Shown: in pieces, positions 39,969 through 48,249 of the stretch
Numbering within the stretch: position 1 is the first letter of the stretch
How the letters are laid out: every line of letters starts with the position of its first letter
Source: Promethearchaeota archaeon
GTDB lineage: Archaea; Asgardarchaeota; Lokiarchaeia; Sigyniarchaeales; SOKP01
NCBI GenBank assembly: GCA_016840165.1
Contig: JAEOSU010000047.1
Location: forward strand, 1 to 48,249
Reading direction: 5' to 3'
Length of the DNA: 48,249 nt
Notes under the pieces: generated by a model
Seen by the model: only the letters and a program-made list of their open reading frames with translations
Told to the model about the DNA's origin: nothing
Database searches by the model: none
Program-made: the position numbers and the translations under genes

Positions 39969-41474
39969 ATGAGCGAAATTAACAATACCAAAAAAAGAAA
40001 GAGTAAAAAATTAAGTCTATTAATAGGATTATTATTCTTATCGATATTCATTTTTGCTGCTAATCTTAATATATCATCAGATAAGTCTGATTGCGTAGCT
40101 TCTGCTTCAATCTCAACGCAACCGCAATCTGAAGAATACCATATGGTTGCAGGTGCAGTGGGTGTTGACGATTACCTAGAAGGTATGATATTAGATCATA
40201 ATGAAAATATTATCATTTATGGTGAAGTTGCAGGGAAAATGGGGTTTTTTAGACATGATACTCATCTAAAACCTCCCCTTAACTCTTCTGACTACGCAAT
40301 ATGGGAGAAGGGAGTAATTGTAAGAATTTGTCAGGATTCCTTAGGAAATATCTATTTAGCTGGTCACAATGATACTGAAATGTTTTTAATTAAGTATAAT
40401 GTAAACTTAGAATTACAATGGAATAAAACTTGGGAAGGATGGTGCTACGACATGATTATAGACTCGAATGATAACATATTTTTAGCTGGAGATAGTATGG
40501 CTCATTATGTAAATAGAGGTTGGGCTATCTTAATGAAACTTGACACTAATGGAAACGAGCTCTGGATTAGCTATAGCTGGTCAGCCTATATTTCAACGTA
40601 TATTGAGACCAATGATTTTGAAGTTCTTGTTAAAGATTCAAACGATAATATATATTTCGCATATCAACAGTATGAATTTAACATTGAAGGATACATAAGT
40701 GGACCTATTTACCGTATTTTAAAATTTAGTAACTCTGGAACACTTTTATTAAACTTTAGTTATATCCCATCAAATTATCAAGATAATGTATTAGATTTAC
40801 GTATGTTAGCTATAGACAGTTCCGATAATTTATATGTTTTAGGAAGACATCTCAATAACCCTGAAAGCACTCATATTGTTAAATATAATAATATGGGTCT
40901 GCAAGAATGGAATCAGACCTATGATTTTTATGGTAATATAGTATACCTCTATATGACGATGAAATTTGATTCCAGTGGATACCTTTATCTATTAGAACCA
41001 GGAGATCATATAGCTTTAGTGAAGATAAATCCCAGTTCTGGAAATATAATATGGCAAACACCACATAACACCATTAATGAATGCGGTTTTTCCCTAGAAT
41101 TTGATTCTAATAATAATATCTATGTTGTAGGCAGAATCGAAGGAAGTGCGACGGGTGAGAGAGATGTACTTATAACAAAGTATGATTCATACGGAATCTT
41201 CATAGGAAAAAAGACATGGGATCATAACGGGAATGAAACTGGGTATGAAATAGTAATTAGTTCTCAAGACGAGATTTTTATTGCTGGCACAGCAGATAGC
41301 TTTTTCTCTTCGGATTACGATCTATTCCTGCTTAAAATAAATCCCATATTTGGTTCTGATCAACCAATAGTAATTATTATAATCGTCTCAATAATTACAA
41401 CGGGAGCGGTCGTTGGATTAGTGATCTTTTTTCTATGGAGAAGAAAGATAAGAAGGATTAACCGGGGTGATTAG
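39969..41474 (+). CDS. Cell-surface beta-propeller (SBBP-like) protein with C-terminal TM anchor
   Basis: Signal sequence; repeated DS.DNIY..G / KY...G...W blades; TM followed by RRKIRR. Confidence 0.8.
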   Translation: MSEINNTKKRKSKKLSLLIGLLFLSIFIFAANLNISSDKSDCVASASISTQPQSEEYHMVAGAVGVDDYLEGMILDHNENIIIYGEVAGKMGFFRHDTHLKPPLNSSDYAIWEKGVIVRICQDSLGNIYLAGHNDTEMFLIKYNVNLELQWNKTWEGWCYDMIIDSNDNIFLAGDSMAHYVNRGWAILMKLDTNGNELWISYSWSAYISTYIETNDFEVLVKDSNDNIYFAYQQYEFNIEGYISGPIYRILKFSNSGTLLLNFSYIPSNYQDNVLDLRMLAIDSSDNLYVLGRHLNNPESTHIVKYNNMGLQEWNQTYDFYGNIVYLYMTMKFDSSGYLYLLEPGDHIALVKINPSSGNIIWQTPHNTINECGFSLEFDSNNNIYVVGRIEGSATGERDVLITKYDSYGIFIGKKTWDHNGNETGYEIVISSQDEIFIAGTADSFFSSDYDLFLLKINPIFGSDQPIVIIIIVSIITTGAVVGLVIFFLWRRKIRRINRGD

Positions 41475-42405
41475 AATTAAAAAATCGTTGTCAAAAAGGA
41501 TATGGGGCGTAGTGGCGTTAGTTGCGTTGCTTTCATTAATGACACAAAATATTGTAGCAATTTTAGTTTTAAATATAATGTCTATTATCATCATTTCAAT
41601 AGTTTCAATTTCTCTTAAGAGAAAAGAGTCTAACGTGCTCATACAACCTGCAACATCTCCAGATCAACCCACAAATGTTCCGCAACAAGAACATGTCACC
41701 TTGTATGGCGTTCAATATCGAGTAAAATCAAGATCTCTAGAACTAAAGAATAAAGGAATTAAAAACCTTTCAGAAATCGAGGGTCTAGATAAGCTATGGT
41801 ACTTGAAAAAGTTGGATCTTTCCCACAATGAACTTACTGACATGAAAGGGCTTGAATCTCTTATTAACTTACGAGAGTTAAAATTGAGTCATAATAATAT
41901 TCAATACATTGAAAGCATCTCCTCTCTAAGAAATCTACAAACCATCTTCCTCGATAACAACCAATTAACCGAACTTCGTCAATCAGGTTTACCGCAAGGA
42001 CCCATTTTTAAAAAGATTGACATCTCGATGAATCCCATTGAAAAATTCGATATCTATATCGTTAGCATCTACAACGCTCTCAAATTTGGACCAAAAACAT
42101 GGTTTCCTAAAGCTGAGTTAAAACGTTTGAAAAAACAAATTAAAAGAATGAAATCAATTTCTTCAGTTAAAAGGTATGACTCGAAAGAATTATTTGCAAA
42201 ATTTATGATATATTTCACGATTTGGGCAGTTGTTGCCTTTTTATTAGCCTTAGTCATTAATTTAGCATTTTGGGGCGCTCTACTTTCCCACTATGGACGA
42301 GAATACTGGGAGGTCTTATTCAGCGACGGTTTATGGACTTTTCTCGTGGGTGGATTCGGATCAATCATAGTCATATTCATGTTTCGTGAGGGAGTTGTGT
42401 ATTAG
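41467..42405 (+). CDS. Membrane protein with SDS22/internalin-type leucine-rich repeats
   Basis: LKKLDLSHNELTDMKGLESLINLRELKLSHNNI; TMs at both ends. Confidence 0.85.
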   Translation: MIRIKKSLSKRIWGVVALVALLSLMTQNIVAILVLNIMSIIIISIVSISLKRKESNVLIQPATSPDQPTNVPQQEHVTLYGVQYRVKSRSLELKNKGIKNLSEIEGLDKLWYLKKLDLSHNELTDMKGLESLINLRELKLSHNNIQYIESISSLRNLQTIFLDNNQLTELRQSGLPQGPIFKKIDISMNPIEKFDIYIVSIYNALKFGPKTWFPKAELKRLKKQIKRMKSISSVKRYDSKELFAKFMIYFTIWAVVAFLLALVINLAFWGALLSHYGREYWEVLFSDGLWTFLVGGFGSIIVIFMFREGVVY

Positions 42406-42413
42406 AGTATAAA

Positions 42414-42428
42414 TTTTTTTTTTTTTTT
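42414..42428 (+). terminator. Oligo-T tract, putative archaeal terminator
   Basis: T15 run 8 nt after the LRR gene stop. Confidence 0.55.
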
Positions 42429-42614
42429 AAAATAGCATCGACAGGGAAGGATCAATTAAATTCCGGTTCTGAAAAAACAGCTTGTATTAATTATGCAATC
42501 GAGTGGTTAAACATCTAAAGAGAAAGAAAAACAACATAATTTAAAAGATTAACATTTTGAGCTCTAATTCTAATATTAGTATTTTAAATTTTTTTTTATT
42601 TAGGCATCCAGATA

Positions 42615-42698
42615 CTCCATCTAAAATTGGATGTTCCATGGATTTATCGGAAACTCAATTATAAATGTAATATTCTTAATGCTTTCTTCAACTCATCA
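42615..42698 (+). promoter_or_regulatory. Promoter C with CTCCA-N8-TGGAT operator, TATA at 42660 and TCATCA at 42693
   Basis: Shares CATGGA..TATCGGAAACTCAA.TATAAA with promoter B at identical spacing. Confidence 0.65.
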
Positions 42699-42726
42699 AT
42701 AAAAATCTAAAAAAAAGTGAGAAAAA

Positions 42727-45294
42727 ATGAAAAACAAGAAAATAGTATTAGGGATTTTTATTTTAATTTTATTCAGTTTCTTAATACCATTTCTCAATAT
42801 CAATTATAGTTTGATATCTGAAACGCAAGACAATCTAAGCGAAGATCGAGAAATAAGAAAAGCAGCAACTAAAACAGTTATTTTAAGGCCAAATGGAGAC
42901 ATTTTAACTGAATGGGATGGTTCTCCTACACCCCACTGGAGCAGAATTAACGAAGTTAACTATGATTATGTAAATGTAAAATGGATAGATGGTGATGAAA
43001 ATCAAACAGAAAGTTATGCTATGGAAAATTTAGATATCATTAATTTCATTAATGTCACAAGCATAGAATTACATGCCATTGGGCATCGTGCTTATTCTGG
43101 TCCTGCATTTGTTAGTATATATTTAGGAGATTGGACTTCAAAATTGGAACTTAATTTACCTACATCAAGCTACGATTGGAGAACCTGTGTCTGGAATAAC
43201 TTGAACGGAACGTACGAAGATTTAATGGATTTGCAAGTTAACATTAGTGCAGGTGTATGGTGTGATAGCGGTGGATATGGGTATATAGATACTCTATACT
43301 GCAATATAACTTATGATATTGTAGAATTACCAGGAGATACAGCAACTCTTAGACCAAATGAAGATATTTTAATAGAATGGGATGGTTCTCCTACACCTCA
43401 TTGGAGTAGAATAAATGAGATAAGTCCCGATGGAGTATATGCAAAATGGATTGATGGAGACGAGAACCAATCAGATATATTTGGCATGCAAGGAGCATAT
43501 TTTGAAAATGCCTTGGTTAAAAGCATAGAATTACATGCCTATGGGTTTCGTTCTTATTCTGGTCCTGCATTTGTTAGTATATATTTAGGAGATTGGACTT
43601 CAAAATTGATACTTAATTTACCTACAGCAGTAATGGGAGATTGGAGAACGTGTGTCTGGAATAACTTAAACGGATCTTACGAAGATTTAATGGATTTGCA
43701 AGTTAACATTAGTGCGGGTGTATGGTGTGATAGCGGTGGATATGGGTGGATTGATACTTTGTATTGTGTTATTACCATTGAAAAAGTAATCCCTCAAGTC
43801 ATTTCTCCTGAAAATATAACATATACTGAACCGATGAATGGCTATTATCCCGCGACATATGGTTTTGAGAATGACAAGGTGGGGGATAATCCATTTGGTT
43901 GGGAGACAAATGAAGATGGAGGCTCAGTTGAAGTTATTGATTTATTAGATAATCACGTTAATATCGTGAAATTAGATGATAATACGGGGGGAGTGAATGA
44001 CTGTGTTTTAACTCAAAATTTCTCCTCTCAAATAGAAGGAACCATAGAATTTTATTTCAGACTAGACTCATTAGGTACTCTAGGGCGAGCAATCCGACTT
44101 GAAGATATATCTAATCAAAGAGCAATTCATCTTAAAGTGATGAATAACATCTTTTATTATAGAGATGGGAGTAATAATTGGTATGCTTTTTATAGCAATT
44201 TCCAAAATGATACTTGGTATCATGTTCGTATTGATTTTAATTGTGCTACGGATACTTTCGATATTTTTATAAACGAAGATCAACAAGGCGTTAATTTACA
44301 ATTTAATAATCCAGTTACTTATATAGAAAGCATACTTTTTATTACAGGAGGGGAGGCTATAGTTGAAATGGATTTAGATGCTATAGGTTATTCTTGGGAT
44401 TCTAATTATAAGATTGGAGATAATTTAAAAGAGGGTATCCTACTCAGTTTTCGCACTTATATAAATTTGAACTGGCTTGGATATTCATTAGATGATCAGA
44501 ATAATATAACTATCTATGGAAATACTACAATTTTAGTTGGAGATGGGGCACATACAATCCAAGTATTTGGAAATGATTCAAGAGGAAATGTATATTTTTC
44601 TGACATGGTATATTTCTATATTGATCTAAATATTCCAGTTATCACAATAGTCTCGCCAAGTTCAGATGATTTTGCTGGATATGATGCTCCCGATTATGAG
44701 ATCAATGTTGTTGAATTGAATTTAAATACCACTTGGTACAACCTAAATAATGGAATCAATGTTAGAATAGAATCATTTACGGGTTCAATTAACCAAACAG
44801 TATGGGATGGATATGGAGAAGGAACAATAACTATCAAGTTCTGTGCAAATGATACTTGGTGTCGTGAGGGATATTCAGAAGTTTCTATATTTAAAGATCT
44901 TACCCCACCTACCTCAATAATAGCTTATACGCCTTATGATACCCCTAATATTGTTATTAAATCAACAAATTTTGCGATAACTGCTACAGATGGGAGTGGA
45001 TCTGGAGTTACGATGATACAATATAAGATTAATGATTCTTCTTGGATGTCTTATAGTGATCCTTTTGATTTAACTGGTTATTCACAAGGCTATTATTTAA
45101 TCTCTTATCGTGCTATAGACAATGTGGGGAATGTTGAGATAGAGAATACTATTGTTGTGAAATTAGAAGATCCTCCTGAAATTCCTCCGGAAGTTCCTAT
45201 TCCTTTAATTATTACAGTCTCTACTATAAGTGGAGGAGCAATCATTAGTGCTGTAATTATATACACTTTAAGACGGAAGAAACGAAAAGCATAA
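42727..45294 (+). CDS. Multidomain cell-surface protein (two ~155-aa repeats, LamG-like and Ig-like domains, C-terminal TM)
   Basis: Signal sequence; WYHVRIDF; YRAIDNVGNVE; TM followed by RRKKRKA; many N-x-S/T sequons. Confidence 0.8.
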   Translation: MKNKKIVLGIFILILFSFLIPFLNINYSLISETQDNLSEDREIRKAATKTVILRPNGDILTEWDGSPTPHWSRINEVNYDYVNVKWIDGDENQTESYAMENLDIINFINVTSIELHAIGHRAYSGPAFVSIYLGDWTSKLELNLPTSSYDWRTCVWNNLNGTYEDLMDLQVNISAGVWCDSGGYGYIDTLYCNITYDIVELPGDTATLRPNEDILIEWDGSPTPHWSRINEISPDGVYAKWIDGDENQSDIFGMQGAYFENALVKSIELHAYGFRSYSGPAFVSIYLGDWTSKLILNLPTAVMGDWRTCVWNNLNGSYEDLMDLQVNISAGVWCDSGGYGWIDTLYCVITIEKVIPQVISPENITYTEPMNGYYPATYGFENDKVGDNPFGWETNEDGGSVEVIDLLDNHVNIVKLDDNTGGVNDCVLTQNFSSQIEGTIEFYFRLDSLGTLGRAIRLEDISNQRAIHLKVMNNIFYYRDGSNNWYAFYSNFQNDTWYHVRIDFNCATDTFDIFINEDQQGVNLQFNNPVTYIESILFITGGEAIVEMDLDAIGYSWDSNYKIGDNLKEGILLSFRTYINLNWLGYSLDDQNNITIYGNTTILVGDGAHTIQVFGNDSRGNVYFSDMVYFYIDLNIPVITIVSPSSDDFAGYDAPDYEINVVELNLNTTWYNLNNGINVRIESFTGSINQTVWDGYGEGTITIKFCANDTWCREGYSEVSIFKDLTPPTSIIAYTPYDTPNIVIKSTNFAITATDGSGSGVTMIQYKINDSSWMSYSDPFDLTGYSQGYYLISYRAIDNVGNVEIENTIVVKLEDPPEIPPEVPIPLIITVSTISGGAIISAVIIYTLRRKKRKA
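42880..43780 (+). repeat. Intragenic tandem duplication of about 465 bp
   Basis: 56-bp identical block at 43091-43146 and 43553-43608, plus other near-identical blocks. Confidence 0.9.
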
Positions 45295-45589
45295 TAATTT
45301 CTTAAATTTCTTTTTTTTTTAATAATATAAATTATCTTTAATCTTATTTCGTTATGTTGTGTAACCATTCTGCGATTTCTATTAATTAGACGGCTGATTG
45401 GTCCAGATTGGCTTGGAACGGGTCATTAGTCCCATCTGTCAAAGCAATCACTATTAGATTATTGAGATAATAGTTCCGATTATAATTGAAGGAGCTATCA
45501 ATGTTCTTTCCATCATATTTATAACATAAATTAGCTTATATTAGCAAATATATCCTTTTAGATTTCTATTTAACAAATATTTTGAGTAT

Positions 45590-47272
45590 ATGTTCCTTCC
45601 AAAAATTAAAGAATTAAGACAAGTAAAATATCTAATGGAAGAAGGAAAAATTAATGATGCTTTCAAAATTGTATTGGAATTAGAAAAAGGAAAGGATCTA
45701 TCTCTTAAAGAATTACTCTCTTATAAACTTGTTAGAGCTAATTTATTATTTCTGTTAGGAAACTTCTTAGACGCTATTGAACTTGCTAAGGAAATTTTTC
45801 AAGAATTTCAGAAACTAGGAGATTTAATATCATCTTTTGATGCTTTACTCATTCAAGCTAATTCCTATATGATAACGGCCAATATAACTCAAAGTGAGGT
45901 TCTAATTCTACAAGCAGAAAAGTTATTTAAAATAATTAAAGCAACTTCTTCAATAGATCTAAGAGAAAGAGAGTCCCACTTCTTAAAGATAAAGGCTGGT
46001 ATTCATTTTTTTAAAGGAGAAATTCAACAATCTTTAGAACTTAATAAGAGGTCCTATGAACTAGCCAAAGATACAGGCAATAAAGCATTGATTTCTTCGA
46101 TTCTTAATAATATTTCTGATAAATTTTATCATATGAAAGAATATAACAAAGCAATAATGTATGCTAAGCAAGCTCTTAGGGTTAATCCATCAATTGGGGC
46201 TGCATTAGGTACTTTAACTGATATTTATATCAGTAAGGGAGATATTAAAGAAGCGAAAGTTTATCTTGATCAATTGCGTGAACTTTCAGAAAAGTTTGAT
46301 TCTAAATGGGGTAAAACCTTTTATCATCATTCAAATGCTACGATATTAAAATCAAGTCTCCGAGCAAGAGATCGTATTAAAGCAGAAGATATATTTAAAG
46401 AATTAGCTTTGGACAAAACGTTATTAGGTGAACCACGGATTGAAGCGATTATAAACTTATGTGATTTATATCTCACCGAACTTCGGATTACTAATGACCC
46501 AGAGATAATAAACGAGATACACCCATATATTCAAGAGTTGTTAAGTATTGCTAAAAAGCATCATTTATATTTATATTTATCCGAAACTCACCTTTTGCAA
46601 GCAAAACTTTCATTATTAACTTTAGAAATAAATAAAGCTAAAGGATTTTTAACTCAAGCTCAAAAAATCGCAGAATTATATGGGCTGAAAAGACTAGCAA
46701 TGAAAATTTCATATGAACACGACGAATTATTGAGACAAACTAAAATGTGGGAGAATTTAAAAACTTCAGAATTATCTTTATCTGAACGTTTGGAGCTTAC
46801 TGGTTTGAACGAACAAATGAGAGACATGCTAAAAAGAGGCATGATTGAAGTTCCAGAGTTTTCAGACGAGGAACCTGTTCTTCTTTTAATCCTCTCAGAG
46901 GGGGGTGTGCCTTTTTTTACACAATCGTTTATTGAAGATCAAATCTATGAGGAGCATCTGTTTGGAGGATTTATAACCTCAATCAACGCCTTTATAAATA
47001 ACATGTTTTCAGAAGGGCTTAATCGTGCTTCTTTCGGTGAGTATACGCTTCTTATGAACTCAGTTGCACCATTCTTAATGTGTTATATATACAAAGGGCA
47101 ATCTTACTCTGCTCAGAAGCGGATAAGGTCGTTTATAGATGCATTAAAGAAAGATGAAGAAATCTGGGACATGTTTGAAAAGTTTTATAAAGCGAATCGA
47201 ATAGTTCAAAAAGTAGATATTCCCTCTTTAAAACCTCTTATTAAAGAGATCTTTGGTGAAACGATTCATTAG
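45590..47272 (+). CDS. TPR protein with C-terminal longin/roadblock-like domain
   Basis: TPR helices, then PVLLLILSEGGVPFF...LFGGFITSINAF...LMCYIYKG. Confidence 0.78.
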   Translation: MFLPKIKELRQVKYLMEEGKINDAFKIVLELEKGKDLSLKELLSYKLVRANLLFLLGNFLDAIELAKEIFQEFQKLGDLISSFDALLIQANSYMITANITQSEVLILQAEKLFKIIKATSSIDLRERESHFLKIKAGIHFFKGEIQQSLELNKRSYELAKDTGNKALISSILNNISDKFYHMKEYNKAIMYAKQALRVNPSIGAALGTLTDIYISKGDIKEAKVYLDQLRELSEKFDSKWGKTFYHHSNATILKSSLRARDRIKAEDIFKELALDKTLLGEPRIEAIINLCDLYLTELRITNDPEIINEIHPYIQELLSIAKKHHLYLYLSETHLLQAKLSLLTLEINKAKGFLTQAQKIAELYGLKRLAMKISYEHDELLRQTKMWENLKTSELSLSERLELTGLNEQMRDMLKRGMIEVPEFSDEEPVLLLILSEGGVPFFTQSFIEDQIYEEHLFGGFITSINAFINNMFSEGLNRASFGEYTLLMNSVAPFLMCYIYKGQSYSAQKRIRSFIDALKKDEEIWDMFEKFYKANRIVQKVDIPSLKPLIKEIFGETIH

Positions 47273-47382
47273 ACATTATATTTAAAATCCTAACTCGCTT
47301 AATCTAATCATAAGGCTATATTCCAAATTAATATTTATTTAACAAGTTTTCTGAATAAAAGTTTCATACCAAAATTAAAAAA

Positions 47383-48249
47383 ATGAATTCTATAAAAAAA
47401 CTTAGAGAAGAGGGGAAAATAGAGGAAGCCTTACAAGCTATTCTAAAATTAGAACAAAGAGAGGATCTTCCCCTTAAAGAATTACTCTCATATAAACTCA
47501 TTAAAGCTGATCTGTTACGTATGAAAGGAGACTTATTAGGCGCAATTGAAATTATGGAGCAAATTTATCAAGAATTTCAGAAACTAGGAGATTTAGTATC
47601 ATCCTTTGATGCTTTACTCATTCTAGCTTATTCCTATGAAATGATGATGAATTTAAGTAAAAGTGAAGATATAATTAGGCAAGCTGAAGATTTATTTAAA
47701 ATAATTAAAGCAACATCTTCAATAGATCTAAGAGAGCGAGAATCTTTCTTTGTAAGGATAAGGGCTATCATTCATGGTTTCAAAGGAGAAATTCGGCAAT
47801 GCTTAGAACTTAATAAGAGGGCTTACGAGCTAGCCAAAGACACAGGCGATAAAGCATTGATTTCTGGGAGTCTTAATAATATTGCTAATAACTTTTATCA
47901 TATGAAAGACTATGATAAAGCAATAAAGTATGCAAAAAAAGCCCTTAAGATTAAAAATAACCGATACTTGGAAGCTGTCTTATGGAGCTTAATTGAATTT
48001 TATGTCAGTAAGGGTGATATTAAAGAAGCAAAAGTTTATCTCGATCAATTGTATGAACACTCGGAAAAATTTGATATTAACCCGCGATTTTATCGGTATT
48101 CAAAGGCTTTAGTTTTAAAATTAAGTCTCCGAGCAAGAGATCGTATTAAAGCGGAAGATTTATTTAAAGAGATAGCTATGGACAATACAAAATTTGATGA
48201 GCTACGGATTCTTGCGATTATAAACTTATGTGATTTATATCTTACTGAA
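47383..48249 (+). CDS. Tandem paralog of the 45590 TPR protein (3' truncated by window edge)
   Basis: Open frame from ATG 47383 to the edge; QEFQKLGDL.SSFDALLI, LFKIIKATSSIDLRERES, SLRARDRIKAED shared. Confidence 0.85.
   Translation, partial: MNSIKKLREEGKIEEALQAILKLEQREDLPLKELLSYKLIKADLLRMKGDLLGAIEIMEQIYQEFQKLGDLVSSFDALLILAYSYEMMMNLSKSEDIIRQAEDLFKIIKATSSIDLRERESFFVRIRAIIHGFKGEIRQCLELNKRAYELAKDTGDKALISGSLNNIANNFYHMKDYDKAIKYAKKALKIKNNRYLEAVLWSLIEFYVSKGDIKEAKVYLDQLYEHSEKFDINPRFYRYSKALVLKLSLRARDRIKAEDLFKEIAMDNTKFDELRILAIINLCDLYLTE

Noticed and set aside
43091-43608. Diversity-generating retroelement TR/VR pair
   Set aside because: Both copies are in-frame in one gene, differences are not adenine-specific, and there is no reverse transcriptase in the window.

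Overview
AT-rich (roughly 30% GC by eye) archaeal chromosomal segment, most likely Asgard/Lokiarchaeia. The assignment is inferred from archaeal-type LeuRS, aIF-1A, ADP-forming acyl-CoA synthetase, long Trm112, longin/roadblock-like and TPR-longin proteins, TATA promoters and GGTGA/GGAGG RBSs. It holds about 45 CDSs: acyl-CoA/amino-acid catabolism (CoA transferase A/B, acetoacetyl-CoA synthetase, thiolase, ACD, GDH), GT-C glycosyltransferases, a histidine kinase/REC/REC-AsnC cluster, many small regulators, and two mirrored loci where a tandem-wHTH-TPR regulator sits divergent from cell-surface protein genes. No rRNA, tRNA, CRISPR or transposase was seen. Top finding: upstream of leuS is an unannotated, apparently leaderless 28-codon peptide ending in four consecutive UUA Leu codons, followed by mutually exclusive RNA helices around a U-rich tract. 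This is a candidate ribosome-mediated leucine attenuator in an archaeon. Second finding: a position-conserved promoter/operator (TCCR-N8-YGGA 28 bp before TATA, TCATCA at the start site) defines a putative wHTH-TPR regulon of surface proteins. All structures and alignments were worked out by eye and need computational confirmation.
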